DNA from: Octopus sinensis | Lineage: Eukaryota | Direction: 5' to 3' | Assembly (NCBI RefSeq): GCF_006345805.1 | Contig: NW_021835233.1 | Coordinates: forward strand, 194,514-258,513 | DNA length: 64,000 nt | Part shown: piece by piece, positions 1 through 13,387 of the stretch | Layout of the letters: each line of letters begins with the position of its first letter | How positions within the stretch are numbered: the stretch's first letter is position 1 | The notes under the pieces: model-generated | Database searches by the model: none | What the model was told of the DNA's origin: nothing | The model's input: only the letters and a program-made list of their open reading frames with translations | Position numbers and translations under genes: made by a program

Positions 1-236
1 ATGAAGAATAAGTCTTGGGGTCGATTTGCTTGACTAAAGGTGGTGCTCCAGCATGGCCCACAGTCAAATGACTGAAACAAGTAAATGAGTAAAGAGTATA
101 TTTGGCCTTGGGGGATGGATATTATCTTGCTTGGAATCAGGTGGGGGTGTTGGTAATAGGGAGGGTATCTAACTGTAGAAAATCAGCTTCACTCAACTGC
201 ATCTGACCCATGCAAGCATGGAAAAGAGGGCATTAA

Positions 237-267
<31 letters not shown>

Positions 268-835
268 CTATTGATTAAAAAAAAAATTTCCTCTAAAAGC
301 ATCACTGAAATTCTTTAAATGTGAATGCTATTTCCAAAAGCAATTTCCACAGCCATGTCAGACTTATGCAAATTAGTGACCTGATTGCTAAACCAGATCT
401 TCGTCTAAGGAAATGAAAAATGTTAATTACTACCATTTACTTTGTCCAGGACTAAAATTTGAAACTAAAATTTGAAAAAAAAGAGATTAGTTTACTTTTT
501 TCATTTTTATGTGTCTGGTAGACCTAAACTTAATTTATAGTCTAACCTAGTTGGCTACACAATTCACTATGTTGTAATTAAATTCATACACAACTTGATT
601 AGCTAAAATATTAATCTAAAGTATTTAGTTGACCTGCAGTTATAATTAAGACATCTTTAACTAAAATGTTGACATACTAACAGAATATTACTGTGAAAAT
701 TTAGTCTGGGGTATTATCTTTCATTGTCTGTATTTGTTTAGTCTGTTATGTGTTGTGTGGGTATGTGTGTGTGTGCATGTGTGTGTATATATGTATATAT
801 ATTTGTACATATATAAATCTGTGTCCATATCTGAA

Positions 836-880
<45 letters not shown>

Positions 881-1334
881 CACATTACGGAGATGTACTT
901 GCATAGCAAGTGATTTGATACATACATACAGGCGTACATACATACATACATGCATGCATGCATACATGCGTGTATACATACATACACACATACATACGTA
1001 CATATATATAATGAACTAACCGTTACTTTCTCAGATGCAGCACGGATTTTTGTCAGTGAACAGGTCGCGGTCCTAAAGCGACGAAAATATTTTGACAAAT
1101 TAAACTTAAATGTTGAAGTGAATCAAATGGCTTTTGTGTGTTTCTTAAATTGCTTACAAGCACCTTCCACGCTGCAATTGTTTATATATATACACATTTA
1201 CACATATACATATACCCATACATATATATTCATACACGCTTATTATATATTTGTATATATATAGATATACACAAGTTGGATTTGAACCCTATGTACATAA
1301 TTATATGCATATATATATATATGCATGTATATAT

Positions 1335-1365
<31 letters not shown>

Positions 1366-1419
1366 CATATACATAAATACATACATATATACATATACAT
1401 ACATGCATACATACATACA

Positions 1420-1450
<31 letters not shown>

Positions 1451-1463
1451 CTATATATACATA

Positions 1464-1518
<55 letters not shown>

Positions 1519-1574
1519 CACGTATTTGCACATACATCCATTCATTGATGCACATCTTGATATAAACTTAACAG

Positions 1575-1736
1575 GACCGAAGGAAATGCGGAGAAACCGA
1601 TAATCTTGTGTTCCTTGCTGATATTTATGCTCACAAAGGGAAATTCCAAGAAGCAGCCAAACTCTACAAGAAAGCTGGCCAAGAACACAGAGCAATGTCT
1701 ATGTTTTCGGATCTCCGAATGTTTGATTATGCAAAG
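1575..1736 (+). CDS. IFT122: IFT122 internal coding exon (first in window), phase 0-0
   Basis: acag|GAC...GCA AAG|gtaatt; 162 nt = DRRKCGETDNLVFLADIYAHKGKFQEAAKLYKKAGQEHRAMSMFSDLRMFDYAK. Matches remembered human IFT122 [54 protein letters not shown]. Confidence 0.95.
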
Positions 1737-2065
1737 GTAATTTCTGCTAAGCTTTCTCCTACCTTTTCTTTTTTTAAATAATCCTTTAACTTCTCAAGAA
1801 AGTCTTTCTGTTGCTAGAATGGCACTGTTTGTGCCACCTTATCCTGACATTTTGTCATTGAAGTAAATCAGTGTCTTCATCCATCATATACAAGATATAT
1901 TTTATTTCCAATCTTCCCTGAAAACATGTCTGGCCGTGAAGTATTATTGCCTTTGTTGGATACGAGTGAAGGTTGGTGACAGAAAAGGTATTTAACCATG
2001 AAATCGTCTACCTTGATGAATCCTGCTCTACCTGACCCATGTGATCATGAAAAAGGGGACATTAA

Positions 2066-2287
2066 CCCTTTCGTTACTGTATTTATTTTGAGATGCTCTA
2101 TATTTCTTTCAATTAATTTTAAATATAACAAAGAATTTAGTTAAATAACTTAGTTCTCATTCAGCTAGTGTTAGGAACATAAATTGTGACTAAGGTTTGG
2201 TGGAAGATTTTAATTCAAGACTTTTGAAAACAAGACATTTGTACTACAGAGCCAGAGCCGGTTCCAGCCTGGTTGGTAACGAAAGGG
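2066..2287. mobile_element. piggyBac-type MITE
   Basis: TTAA|CCCTTTCGTTAC ... GTAACGAAAGGG|TTAA: perfect 12-bp TIRs and TTAA target duplication. Confidence 0.88.
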
Positions 2288-2313
2288 TTAAAAGGATGAT
2301 GAAGAAGAGGATA

Positions 2314-2352
<39 letters not shown>

Positions 2353-2574
2353 ATACTGCTGCTGATGATGGTGGTAGTGATGATGATAATGATGTGCTGA
2401 TAATTCCAATATTTTCACTATTATATTGTATTACTAAAGCTAGTTCTGCTTTCCTTCATGCAAATGTGTGAGTCTGTGTGTGTGTATAACTATTCTAAAT
2501 TACACCTGTTAACACCTGTGACTTAAGAATGTACTATAATAATGTCTCTGTTAATTTCTTATTATTGCATCTAG

Positions 2575-2741
2575 GAATATATTGGCTCAGGTGCCGCTGC
2601 GGATGAACGTCAGCTAATCAGCAAACAGGCAGACTGGGCCAAGAGCAGCAACGAACCCAAAGTTGCAGCTGAAATGTACATGGCAGCTTCAGAATATACC
2701 AAAGCGGTTCAAATTATGGGAGAGCATGGTTGGTCGGATAT
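2575..2741 (+). CDS. IFT122: IFT122 coding exon, phase 0-2
   Basis: ctag|GAA...GAT AT|gtaagt; EYIGSGAAADERQLISKQADWAKSSNEPKVAAEMYMAASEYTKAVQIMGEHGWSD(M). Resembles IFT122 [40 protein letters not shown]. Confidence 0.95.
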
Positions 2742-3548
2742 GTAAGTATTCTGTTCCTACATTTGGCATTATTGTTATTTTACAGAATGAACACTCTGTT
2801 TGCAAAAAGACATTGTCTTGTAGTATCAAAGGTACTTTTTAGCGTTTGTTTTGGTGTTTTGTTCTTTATTCCTATCATTGTCATAGTTTAACCTCCGCTT
2901 TCCATGCTAGCATGGGTTGGACAGTCCAACTGAGGACCGGCAAGCAAGTAGGTTGCACCAGGCTCTAGTCTGATCTGGCAAAGTTTCTACAGATGGATGC
3001 CCTTCCTAACACTGACCATTCTGAGAGTGGGTGCTTTTTATGTGCTACCGGCATGGGAGCAGATCAGGGGGCATTGGCATTGACCATGTTCATTTCCTTC
3101 AATACAGTTCCCCATTCACTCAGTTGTGGGGGTCTTCTCACCAAGTCCTGGTTTTATGAAAAATGCACCTAGAACAATCTGTGAAGTACTCTTGGCGTTA
3201 GGGTGGGCACCCTGCTGCCGAAACCATACTAGACATTACAGCTTGGTGTGGTCCTCTGACTCATTAGCTCATATCAAACCATCCAGTGCATGGAGCAAGG
3301 GGCATAAAGTGATGATGATAATGATGATGATGATGGTGACGATTTCAACAGTGGTCTTCATTTTTGAGCTCGTAAGAATAATCACTCCAAACTCAATCTA
3401 GAGGGCTTTTATCTTTCCCTTTCTTTCTTTTAACTTGCAAGTTACTTGGTGTCATGATAAATAAAAAAAAAACCCAAAAAGTGATTGGGATTAGGAAAGA
3501 CATCTAGTTGACATTTGGACCTGATGCATCTCTGTGGCTCATTGGACC

Positions 3549-3963
3549 CTTATTTATTTATTGCCCACAAGGGGCTAAACGTAGAGGGGACAAACAAGGA
3601 CAGACAAACGGATTAAGTCGATTACATCGACTCCAGTGCATAAATGGCACTTAATTTCTTGACCCCGAAAGGATGAAAGGCAAAGTCGACTTTGGCGGAA
3701 TTTGAACTCAGAATGTAACGGCAGACAAAATACTTATTTCTTTACTACCCACAAGGGGCTAAACACAGAAGGGACAAACAAGGACTGACAAACGGATTAA
3801 GTCGATTACATCGACCCCAGTGCGTAACTGGTACTTAATTTATTGACCCCGAAAGGAGGATAGGCAAAGTCGACTTCGGTGGAATTTGAACTCAGAACAT
3901 AACGGCAGATGAAATACCGCTAAGCATTTCACCCAGCGTGCTAATGTTTCTGCCAGCTCGACG
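3549..3963 (-). mobile_element. tRNA-headed SINE family A, tandem dimer of about 183-bp body
   Basis: Two units (about 3549-3731 and 3732-3915) plus head. Core gtcgactttgcctttcatcctttcggggtc. Other copies at about 17700-17894, 19438-19820, 20722-21112, 31625-32017, 38690-38920 and 53120-53352. Confidence 0.85.
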
Positions 3964-5619
3964 CTTGTCAAACCATCAAACTCAAGCCAGCATAGAAAAC
4001 AGGCATTAAGCAAGGGTACATGACGTAGTGGTTATTAAGATGATGCACTAATGATTATAAGATTATGGCTTTGATTCCAAAACTGAGGGTACTTTGTGTT
4101 CTTTATTAAAGAGCTTCATTTTACATTACCTCAGTCCACTCGGCTGTAAGTGTGTTCCAGTTATCGTTTGGAGATTAAATAACAAGAAGATGATGGCGAT
4201 GATGATTCTGCATATATTTTCATTTTTCAGCTCATGAAAATAATCTTGATTGAAGGAAAGGCTGTGTGACAAGTAGCTTGCTTACCAACCACATGGTTCA
4301 GGGTTCTGTCCCACTGCGTGGCATTTTGGGCAAGTGTGTTCTACTATAGCCTTGGGCTGACCAAAGCCTTGTGAGTGGATTTGGTAGACGGAAACTGAAA
4401 AGAAGCCTGTCATATATGTGTGTGTGTGTGTATATATGTGTGTGTGTGTGTGTCTGTGTAAATGTTTGTGTGTCAGTGTTTGTCACCCCGCATCACGTGA
4501 CAACCAATACTGGTGTGTTTATGTCCCCCCTAACTTAGCGGTTCGGCAAAAGAGACCGATAGAATAAGTACTAGGCTTACAGAGAATTAAGTCCTGGGGT
4601 CGATTCGCTTGACTAAAGGTGGTGCTCTAGCATGGCCGCTGTCAAATGACTGAAACAAGTAAAAGAGTCAAAAGCAAAGAGTAACTATGTAAGCTCTTGG
4701 TTTGTTTAGAATATTTTAAAAGAGGTTCTTGAAAAGCATGGAGATTGCATGGAGAAAGCACCCACTACACTCTCGGAGTGGTTGGCATTAGGAAGGGCAT
4801 CCAGCTGTAGAAACTCTGCCAAATCAAGATTGGAGCCTGGTGCAGCCATCTGGTTCGCCACCAGCCCTCAGTCAAAATCGTCCAACTCATGCTAGCATGG
4901 AAAGCGGACGTTAAACAATGATGATGATGATGATGATGATGATGATTGCTAATGTGAAGAACAGTGATAAATCAAGGTCATTAGGTACTTAACTATAAGC
5001 TGTCTGCTACGTGATGGCTTAATTTCACATTGTGATTGTTTGTTGTGCAAAAGACTTATTGTTTGGTGTTTGCTGTCAGGCTTATTTATTACTATTTCAA
5101 TAATTACCTTGCTGGATCTATCAGCTTCTTTCCTTTAACATGATTATCAAAGCAGTTCAAGAAGAGGGTATGTAAACTTAAAGAAAGACTGTCCTGCCTG
5201 AAGAAATTATTTTATATCTGAGAAATGCCCGGTAATTACTGACATTAGAATGTGTCTTGGAGTAAGTCTGGGTCAAAGGCATTCGTTGGAATTACGCTCG
5301 GTGCTGCCTGATTTATATCTTTAGTTAGGCTAAACTGGAAACAGACGTTTTAAAACTATGAACTATTTCAATTAAGTTCACAGTTAAAACTATACTGAAA
5401 TATCTGTGCAGGTCTTTATGAATATTTTTTCTGTATCGTTTATTAGTGAATGCTTGTGGCTTAGTAGTCAGGGTGTTGTGGTCAGTATTATAAGACCATG
5501 GTTTCAATTCCCAGATGAGGTAGTGTGTTGTGTTTGTCAAGAAAACACTTCATTTCATCTCTCTGGCTGAAACTAGTAAAGAAAACAAAGAAATATATCA
5601 TCATCATCACCATCATCAC

Positions 5620-5662
<43 letters not shown>

Positions 5663-6193
5663 GTTTAATGTCTGCTTTCCATGGTGTCATGGGTTGGATG
5701 GTTTGACTGGGGACTGGCAAGCCAGGAGGCTGCACCAGGCTTCAATCTGATCTGGCATTGTCTCTACAGCTGGATTCCCTTCTTAATGCCAACCACTCTG
5801 AAAGTGTAGTGGTTGCTTTCTATGTGCCACTGGCACAGGAACCAGTCGGGCAGGCCTGGCATCAATCATCATTGCCAGATCAGATTGGAGCCTGGTGCAG
5901 CCTCTTGGCTTACCAGTCCCCAGTTAAACTTTCCAACCCATGCCAGCATGGAAAACGTACGTTAAACGATGATGATGATAATGGGCTTCTATAAATTTCC
6001 ATCTACCAAATCCACTCCCTAGTCTTTGGTTGACCTAAGGCTATAGTAGAAGACACTTGCTCAAGGCGCTGCACAGTGAGACTGAACCTGGAACCATGTG
6101 GTTGGGAAGCAAGCTTCTTACCACACAGCTATGCCTGTACCTTTGGTGGTGCTTGAAACATAAAATTTTCTTTGGGGAAATTATTATAAAATG

Positions 6194-6553
6194 GGAGAGT
6201 AATTTTCTTTTTGTGACGTATAATGTAAGACACTCACCGATAAAATTTCCGCTTTTTTCTTATTTTTATTTTCCTAAAATTTTCGTTGCGTCTTGCAACC
6301 TTTTCAATAGTTTTGACTTTCAGAGTGGTTGGCGTTTGGAAGGGCATCCAGCTGTAGAAACCTTACCAGATCAGATTGGAGCCTGGTACAGCCTTCTGGC
6401 TTACCAGTCCCCAGTTAAACCTTCCAACCCATGTCAGCATGGAAAAGGTTGCAAGACGCAACGAAAAGTTTAGGAAAATAAAAATAAGAAATAAGTGGAA
6501 ATTTTACCGGTGAGTGTGTTACATTATAAGGCACAAAAAGAAAATGACTCTCC
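6194..6553. repeat. Inverted repeat (about 112-bp arms) enclosing a (GAT)n-family fragment
   Basis: 6194-6305 vs 6442-6553. Confidence 0.85.
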
Positions 6554-9500
6554 CCAGACACAACAGAATATGCTTCAACACACAAACTCATATAAAGAAT
6601 CTTGCAAACCAAATCCAAAAATCGAAATATCATAAAAGGTTTACACGTTTAAATCATGAAAACAAGATACTTCATATGATGAAACCAAAAGCTGTCTCTG
6701 GGAGTTGGCCTTTAAAAGGGTTAAAGACTGGTTGACATTATTTTTGTGGAAAATATTCGTTAAGCTGGAGGATATATTGTTTTTAATTAAGAAAATGAAG
6801 CATACTAATCTATCTCTTTCACTATTTATCAGTTCAGCATTTATCTAAAATTAATACAATCTATCTTTGTTGCTTCAGCTGCTTTAATCCTTTTCTTTGG
6901 TCTGTAACTTCTGACATACATTAATCTAATCTACATAAACATCTAACTTTTGATTCCTAGATAACATCTTCCCATTTTTAAATATTTTCTAAGACAATGG
7001 TGATTCGTGGCATCGTCCTCCGAAAGACAAAGATTCAAACACTGATACTGATTAAAGGACATTGATTATTATTAGAAAAAAAAACAATCCTACTCAAACA
7101 ATATTGATTCTAAGCAGCTATTAATTCTCAGACAATAATGATCTTAAGACAAAAGAATCTCATTGTAACTTCCATATCGCCCTCACCACCACCACCACCA
7201 CCACTTCCTCGGTATCTGATATGCTGTTTTCTCTTGTTTTGACGACAGTAAGAATTAATCTTGGCAAATTGCAACAAATCTGTCATGTCTTTTATCTTTC
7301 TCCTCCATCTGTAGAACGTGAACAAAGCAAATGAGTTCAGCGCTCTTTTACATGAGTGCATTAAAGTGCACATCTACTTTGTCATCTTATTGTTGTATCT
7401 AAGAATGGTCATTTTTGCCAGTTTAGCCAATAAAAACACACGCACTATATATTCGGTGTTAATTTGCTTCAGCGTTGTTCAGTTTTTACATCAATCTTAA
7501 TCATATTTCGGCCAGAGTTCTTTTCTTCACACTCCTGTGACCTCATCAGTGGTCCTTTGCTTTCTTCTTTCTTATTTATGTGTCTCGAGTCCATGGGTAT
7601 CATGTCAGATTGAAGATGGGAAAGATGGGAAAGTGTGTCAATAGGCAACTGGAGGAGGTGTTCTCCTGGGGCTACAAGCGACAGTAGTATCCACCCTTAA
7701 GGGTTAGCCACATTTAAGTGGCAAATATACTTCACGTTATTTATATATATATATATAAATCCAAAAAACAGAATAAGAACATAATGGACGACAATAAAAA
7801 CACACAGGCAGATAGACGACACAAAGACAGACAGGAAAAACCAGGACGGATCATTCTTAGCCCTTTTTATATATCTTGTTTGAACAAGTCAAGACATGAG
7901 TGCAAAATAACTTCGGTGCAATCTCTTCACTAAAAGAAGTTACAATGGAAAATATTAAATTTTGGTTTTGTTACTATGGGTAGATGACCGAGTTTAAAAG
8001 GGCAATGGAGAATCAGTCAGGAGGTTGTTATTCCATATTTTGTCACGGAGACATTGCAGTATCCAAGCAGCTCTAAATAAGCCAGCAAGCTGCAATATCC
8101 GAATAACATTAAGTAGTCTGATATAAATTCACTGTTGGAAACAGCAGCTGCAATGTAAAATTTATGAGTGATTTATTGGCTTGTGATACTCTGTATAGTT
8201 CTTCCTATGGGAAATGTAATATTTCCAATAGACTAGCATTCTATTCAGTGGGTGATTTTCTTCCATCCACTTAGCACCACAAAAATCATTGATAATGTAC
8301 TTTCCCAGTAGGCCACTGAAATTCGTGAAGGGAGAGAAAGTTATTGTATTCCGAACAGCTGTTAATCATCGTACACTAATCTTGCAATTATTTACAATTC
8401 CTGTTATATATTTTCTATCTGTTATCACTTGGTACAGAATCTGTTCCAACCTTTTCTGGTTATCATTCTAGGGAAGGTGTCAGTTCCTACTTATTTAGAA
8501 TTTTGTCATTGATTATATTCTTTTTACATTTTGCTTGTTTCAGTCATTAGACTGTGGCCATGCTGGGGCACTGCCTTGAAGAGTTTTTAGGCAAATGAAT
8601 CGATCCCAGTTCTTTTCTTATAAGCTTCGTTTGAAATTGAATAATATAAATTTGTCCTATTGTAATAAATTTGTCCTATTGTACTTATGCTGTCACACTC
8701 TTTTATCAAACTGTTAAGTTATGGGGGGACATAAACAAACCAACACTAGTGAGGAACAAACACAGCACACACACTCACCCACACACACACATACACTCAC
8801 ACATATACACACACACATACTCAGACACACATGCATGCTGGGCTTCTTTTAGCTTTTGCCAACCAAATCCACTCTTAAACACTTTGGTGTCATACAGTGG
8901 GATTGAACCTGGAACCATGTGGTTGGAAAGCAAAGTTCTCACCACACACCAGCACTTAATCATCATCATCACAATCAACATTTTATGTCTACATTTCATG
9001 CTGGTATAGGTTGGATTGTTCAACAAGGATGCAGTGAGTCAAGGATATCATATCCCAGCGTTTACTCTGGCATGGTTTCTATGGTTGGATCTCTTAGCAC
9101 CAGCCACTTTACAATATATGCTGGAGGCGCTTTTTGTGCCACCAGCACTAGTGGGGTCACCATGTACCTTGCAAGTCAGCAATCCCAGGAAGGGATGATG
9201 TTGCCTGTGTATGCTACATGGGAGTAAAGGTATGAGGGAAGTGTTTGGATTAGAGCAGGTGCTTGCTGTAGAAGAGCTACATGGCTACTCATAATTAAGA
9301 GAGGGAGAGTGGAAAGGAATTAGAGGTGTCTCCAAGAAGGATGAGGTGTCCAGGCGGAAACTCAGGTAAGCAGAGTAATAGCAGGTGGGGGTGAGGAATG
9401 GGTGTTTGCAAGAGTGTGGTGGGGGAAAAGATAGAAGTGGGAGGGGTGGTAGGCAGCATCTGTGAGGGTTGAGGGAGCAGGGGTGCATGAAATGAAGGTG

Positions 9501-10295
9501 ATAAAATGGACAATTGCAGCATGGTAGTAACTATATAGTTGATATAGTAACTATATAGTAACTATATAGAGAAGAGAGAGAGAGAAAGACAGATATAATG
9601 TGTTTGGATAGACTGCAGGAGCAAAGGAGAGAAATAAGATAGGTGTAATGCATGAGAAGAGATAATATATGCAAATGTATGTATGTCATTATTCAGTTTA
9701 TTTCAAGATTTCTTGCCAATAGAGAAAGAACTGGTTTCTAACCTAGATCCAAGGCTTCTTCACTGGAATTTCAACATCAACAACAGGGTATTTTTGTTTG
9801 TATGTATGTGTGTATGTATTCTTTTATTCTTTTACTTGCTTCCGGCATTTGACTGCAGCTATGCTGGAGCATCGCCTTTAGTCGAGCAAATCGACCTCAG
9901 GACTTCGTTTTTGTAAGTCTAGTACTTATTCTGTCGGTCTCTTTTGCTGAACCACTAAGTTACGGGGACTTAAACACACCAGCATTGGTTGTCAAGCAAT
10001 GTTGGAGGAGGGGACAAACACAGACACACAGACACACACACACACATATTTATATATACGACAGGCTTCTTTCAGTTTCTATCTACCAAATCCACTCACA
10101 CAGCTTTGGTCAGCTCGAGGCTATAGTAGAAGACACATGCCCAATGTGCCATGCAGTGGGACTGAACCCGGAACCATGTGGTTGGTAAGCGAGCTACTTA
10201 CCACACAGCCACACTTGTGTACAGATTTGGATGTTTGGCTTCATGAATGTATTCTTATGCATATAGTTGCATATCTAGACATGCTCATGTATGTA

Positions 10296-10360
<65 letters not shown>

Positions 10361-10707
10361 GTAGATATTACTAAGCTTCTCCTTTCCAACAATGTTTTTT
10401 TCTTCTTCATTGTAATTCAAAATTTCTTTACCTGTTGCTATGGACACAGAATCTCTGCTGTAAATAGTTTCTCGTTCATGTATTTTTCTTGCTGTCAAAC
10501 ACACATTCGTCGAAACGAATTCATTGCTGGAGGGGAATATCTGTTAAATAGGGTAATTATTGCCTCCAAATCTTCTGATTCAATGATTTTCTCAGTGCGT
10601 TCCACCAACAAGTATCAATTTCGCAAACCCGTAACAGTCACAGTTGAAAAGGAAACAAGAAAACAAAAGCAACCCATACATACTGAAAGAAGCCCATCAT
10701 ATATATA

Positions 10708-10756
<49 letters not shown>

Positions 10757-11815
10757 TGGCATTGCCTTACTGGCATGTGAAAAAACATTCATTTGAGCAA
10801 GGTCATTGCCAGTGTCGCTGGACTGGCTCCTTTGCTGGTGGCACATAAAAAGCAACATTTGAGCGTGGCTGTTGCCAGTACTGCCTGACTGGCCCTTGTG
10901 TTGGTGGCATGTAAAAGCACTCGCTACACTCTCGGAGTGGTTGGCGTTAGGAAGAGCATCCAGCTGTAGAAACTCTGCCAGATCAAGATTGGAGCCTGTT
11001 GCAGCCATCTAGTCCATGAGTCCTCACTCAAATTGTCCAACCCATGCCAGCATGGAAAGTGGACGTTAACGATGATGATGATGATGATGATGATGATGAT
11101 ATATATATATATATATATAAGCATGTGTGTGTGTATATGTGTGTGTGGTTGTTCTCCCCAACATCGCTTGACAACCGATTCTGGTGTGTTTACATCACTG
11201 TAACTTAGTGATTTGGCAAAAGAGTCCGATAGAATAAGTACCAGGCTTACAAAAAAGAAGTCCTGGGGTTGATTTGCTCAACTAAAGGTGGTACTCCAGC
11301 ATGGCCACGGTCAAATGACTAAAACAAGTAAAAGAATAAAAGGATACATACACACATACACACAAAACTGTTAGACTTTAGCATGGCTGTCAGTTTTCTG
11401 ATTAGTGAGACTATATGTTGCCTTAACTCTTTTAATACTGGTCTTCCTTAGATGCCTCTAAGGAATTCCAACCATGTTTTGTGGTTCATTACCTCAACAG
11501 CTCCTATATAGGATCCAGTGGCTAAAGACATCATCAGGAGGAACCACGTCTGGTTTTGGCCCCTACTCTTCAACTGTTTTCGACGTGATAGCCCCCCCCC
11601 CTACTTTCAGTGGTGTCTTCAGCTCTGGTGTTGAGTGCGTTTCTTTTTTCTCCTTTTTTCTTTTGTTCTTTGGTTTCTTCGATACAGCGTCAACGAGTGT
11701 CAGAATATATATTCCTTAATTGACATAGGTGTAGAACACTTACTACCAAGACTTAGTTTCCATTCAACAACTCAATAAATACTGCACTTGATCATCTTCT
11801 GCAAGTTTCGTGAGA

Positions 11816-12202
11816 TCTCTCTCTATATAAAGCTGAAGTTGTCTGCATATGGCAGGTTTGGTATCCTTCAACTAACACTATCTCCTCTGAGACCCTGCAG
11901 CGTAAGTTAACCTAAATTGAGAGTATGATAGAAGAAGGCTTGCTCTTGTAGAAGAAAAAATTTAAATCGGATCATGTTAACACCAAAAATTATTTACATC
12001 AAAAAGGTGCTTTTTTTCTACGAAAATCCCTATTTTTTACGAATTTTTTACTGCTGTGTCGCCATTTTTCAGTGTATTTCAACCAGAAAAAATGTTCACT
12101 TAAAGAGAATAACAAGCTACATAATGCAAAATTTTTACTTTTCAAAAATTCCAATTCTAAAGGGTCGAAACAAACCCGAGCAACGCCGGGCGATACTGCT
12201 AG
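11816..12202 (+). mobile_element. Non-autonomous Helitron
   Basis: Starts A|TC (tctctctctatataaagctgaagttg). Ends with hairpin cccgagcaacgccggg + cgatactgCTAG|T. Confidence 0.8.
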
Positions 12203-12807
12203 TTATATTATATGCTTAATACAATGTTTTCTCCCATATTAATTATGCAGTAAACATTCAACAATCTGGCAGAAGTTGATGAAACATTTGTCAAACTTGC
12301 AACGCTTATTGAGTTACTGCACAAAAACTCAGAGTTGTAATTGCAAGTGTTCCCTTCCTGAGTCCTATAGTAAACTTAGTTCTTTATTTCCAATGATATC
12401 GAGGACTAGTTCTTTTGCTGTCACACTTGCTTTGCTGTCACGCACACAAACACGTGTCTACGCACATGGCCGTGTTCTCTCTTTTACTCTTTTGCTTGTT
12501 TCAGTCATTTGACTGTGGCCATGCCGGAGCACCGCCTTTAGTCGAGCAAATCAACCCCAGGAGTTATTCTTTGTAAGCCTAGTACTTATTCTATTGGTCT
12601 CTTTTGCTGAACCGCTAATTGTGACGGGGACGTAAACACACCAGCATCGGTTGTCAAGCAATGTTGAGGGGACAAACACACACACACACACACACACATC
12701 AAATGTGAGGATAAAATTCTTTTTGAAAAAAAATTATATTTTCTTGAAAAGAATTTTATCAATGGCCAGCATATTAAAAAATACCTTTAACGGTTAAATT
12801 TATAAAC

Positions 12808-13253
12808 AATTCATAAATGAGGGCAAAGGAAAAAATTTCTAATGCCAAATATGCCGAAAAATTGGACATATTGTCCATTAACCATATCATTTTTTCCCAA
12901 TACGCACACTACTTGAAAAAAGGTCGACAGAAATTTCTAAAACATTCCATTATTACCATATCAGACCGATTTCAGAGTTAGCTTCTAAGAGCCCTCTCTT
13001 CGTCAGTGATGGTTATGAGTAAGTATTTCATTTATTTCTTTTGCCACATGTATCACTGACGAAGAGAGGGCTCTTAGTAGCTAACTCTGAAATCGGTCCA
13101 ATATGATAATAATGGAATTTTTTAGAAATTTCTGTCGACCTTTTTTCGGGTAGCATGCGTATTGTGAAAAAATTATATGGTTAATGGACAATATGTCCAA
13201 TTTTTTGGCATATTTGGCATTAGAATTTTTTTCCTTTGCCCTCATTTATGAAT

Positions 13254-13254
<1 letters not shown>
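12808..13254. repeat. Fold-back element, about 203-bp arms and 41-nt spacer
   Basis: 12808-13010 is the near-perfect reverse complement of 13052-13254. Abuts (TA)n on the right. Confidence 0.92.
12956..13012 (-). ncRNA. Candidate minimal type I hammerhead ribozyme
   Basis: Minus strand reads CCAUCA-CUGACGA-AGAG(18 nt)CUCU-GAAA-UCGG-UC^UGAUAUGG. Stem I AUCA/UGAU, stem II AGAG/CUCU, self-complementary stem III AUCGGU, GUC triplet. Confidence 0.65.
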
Positions 13255-13312
<58 letters not shown>

Positions 13313-13350
13313 TTATATATATATAAATAGAAATATCTATATTGATAGAT

Positions 13351-13387
<37 letters not shown>

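Noticed and set aside
950-1264. ORF segment DAARIFVSEQVAVLKRRKYFDK as a possible upstream IFT122 exon
   Set aside because: No resemblance to the expected preceding IFT122 sequence (ending roughly AFIRVQDLRYLELISSIE). It sits between microsatellites and looks like repeat-derived DNA.
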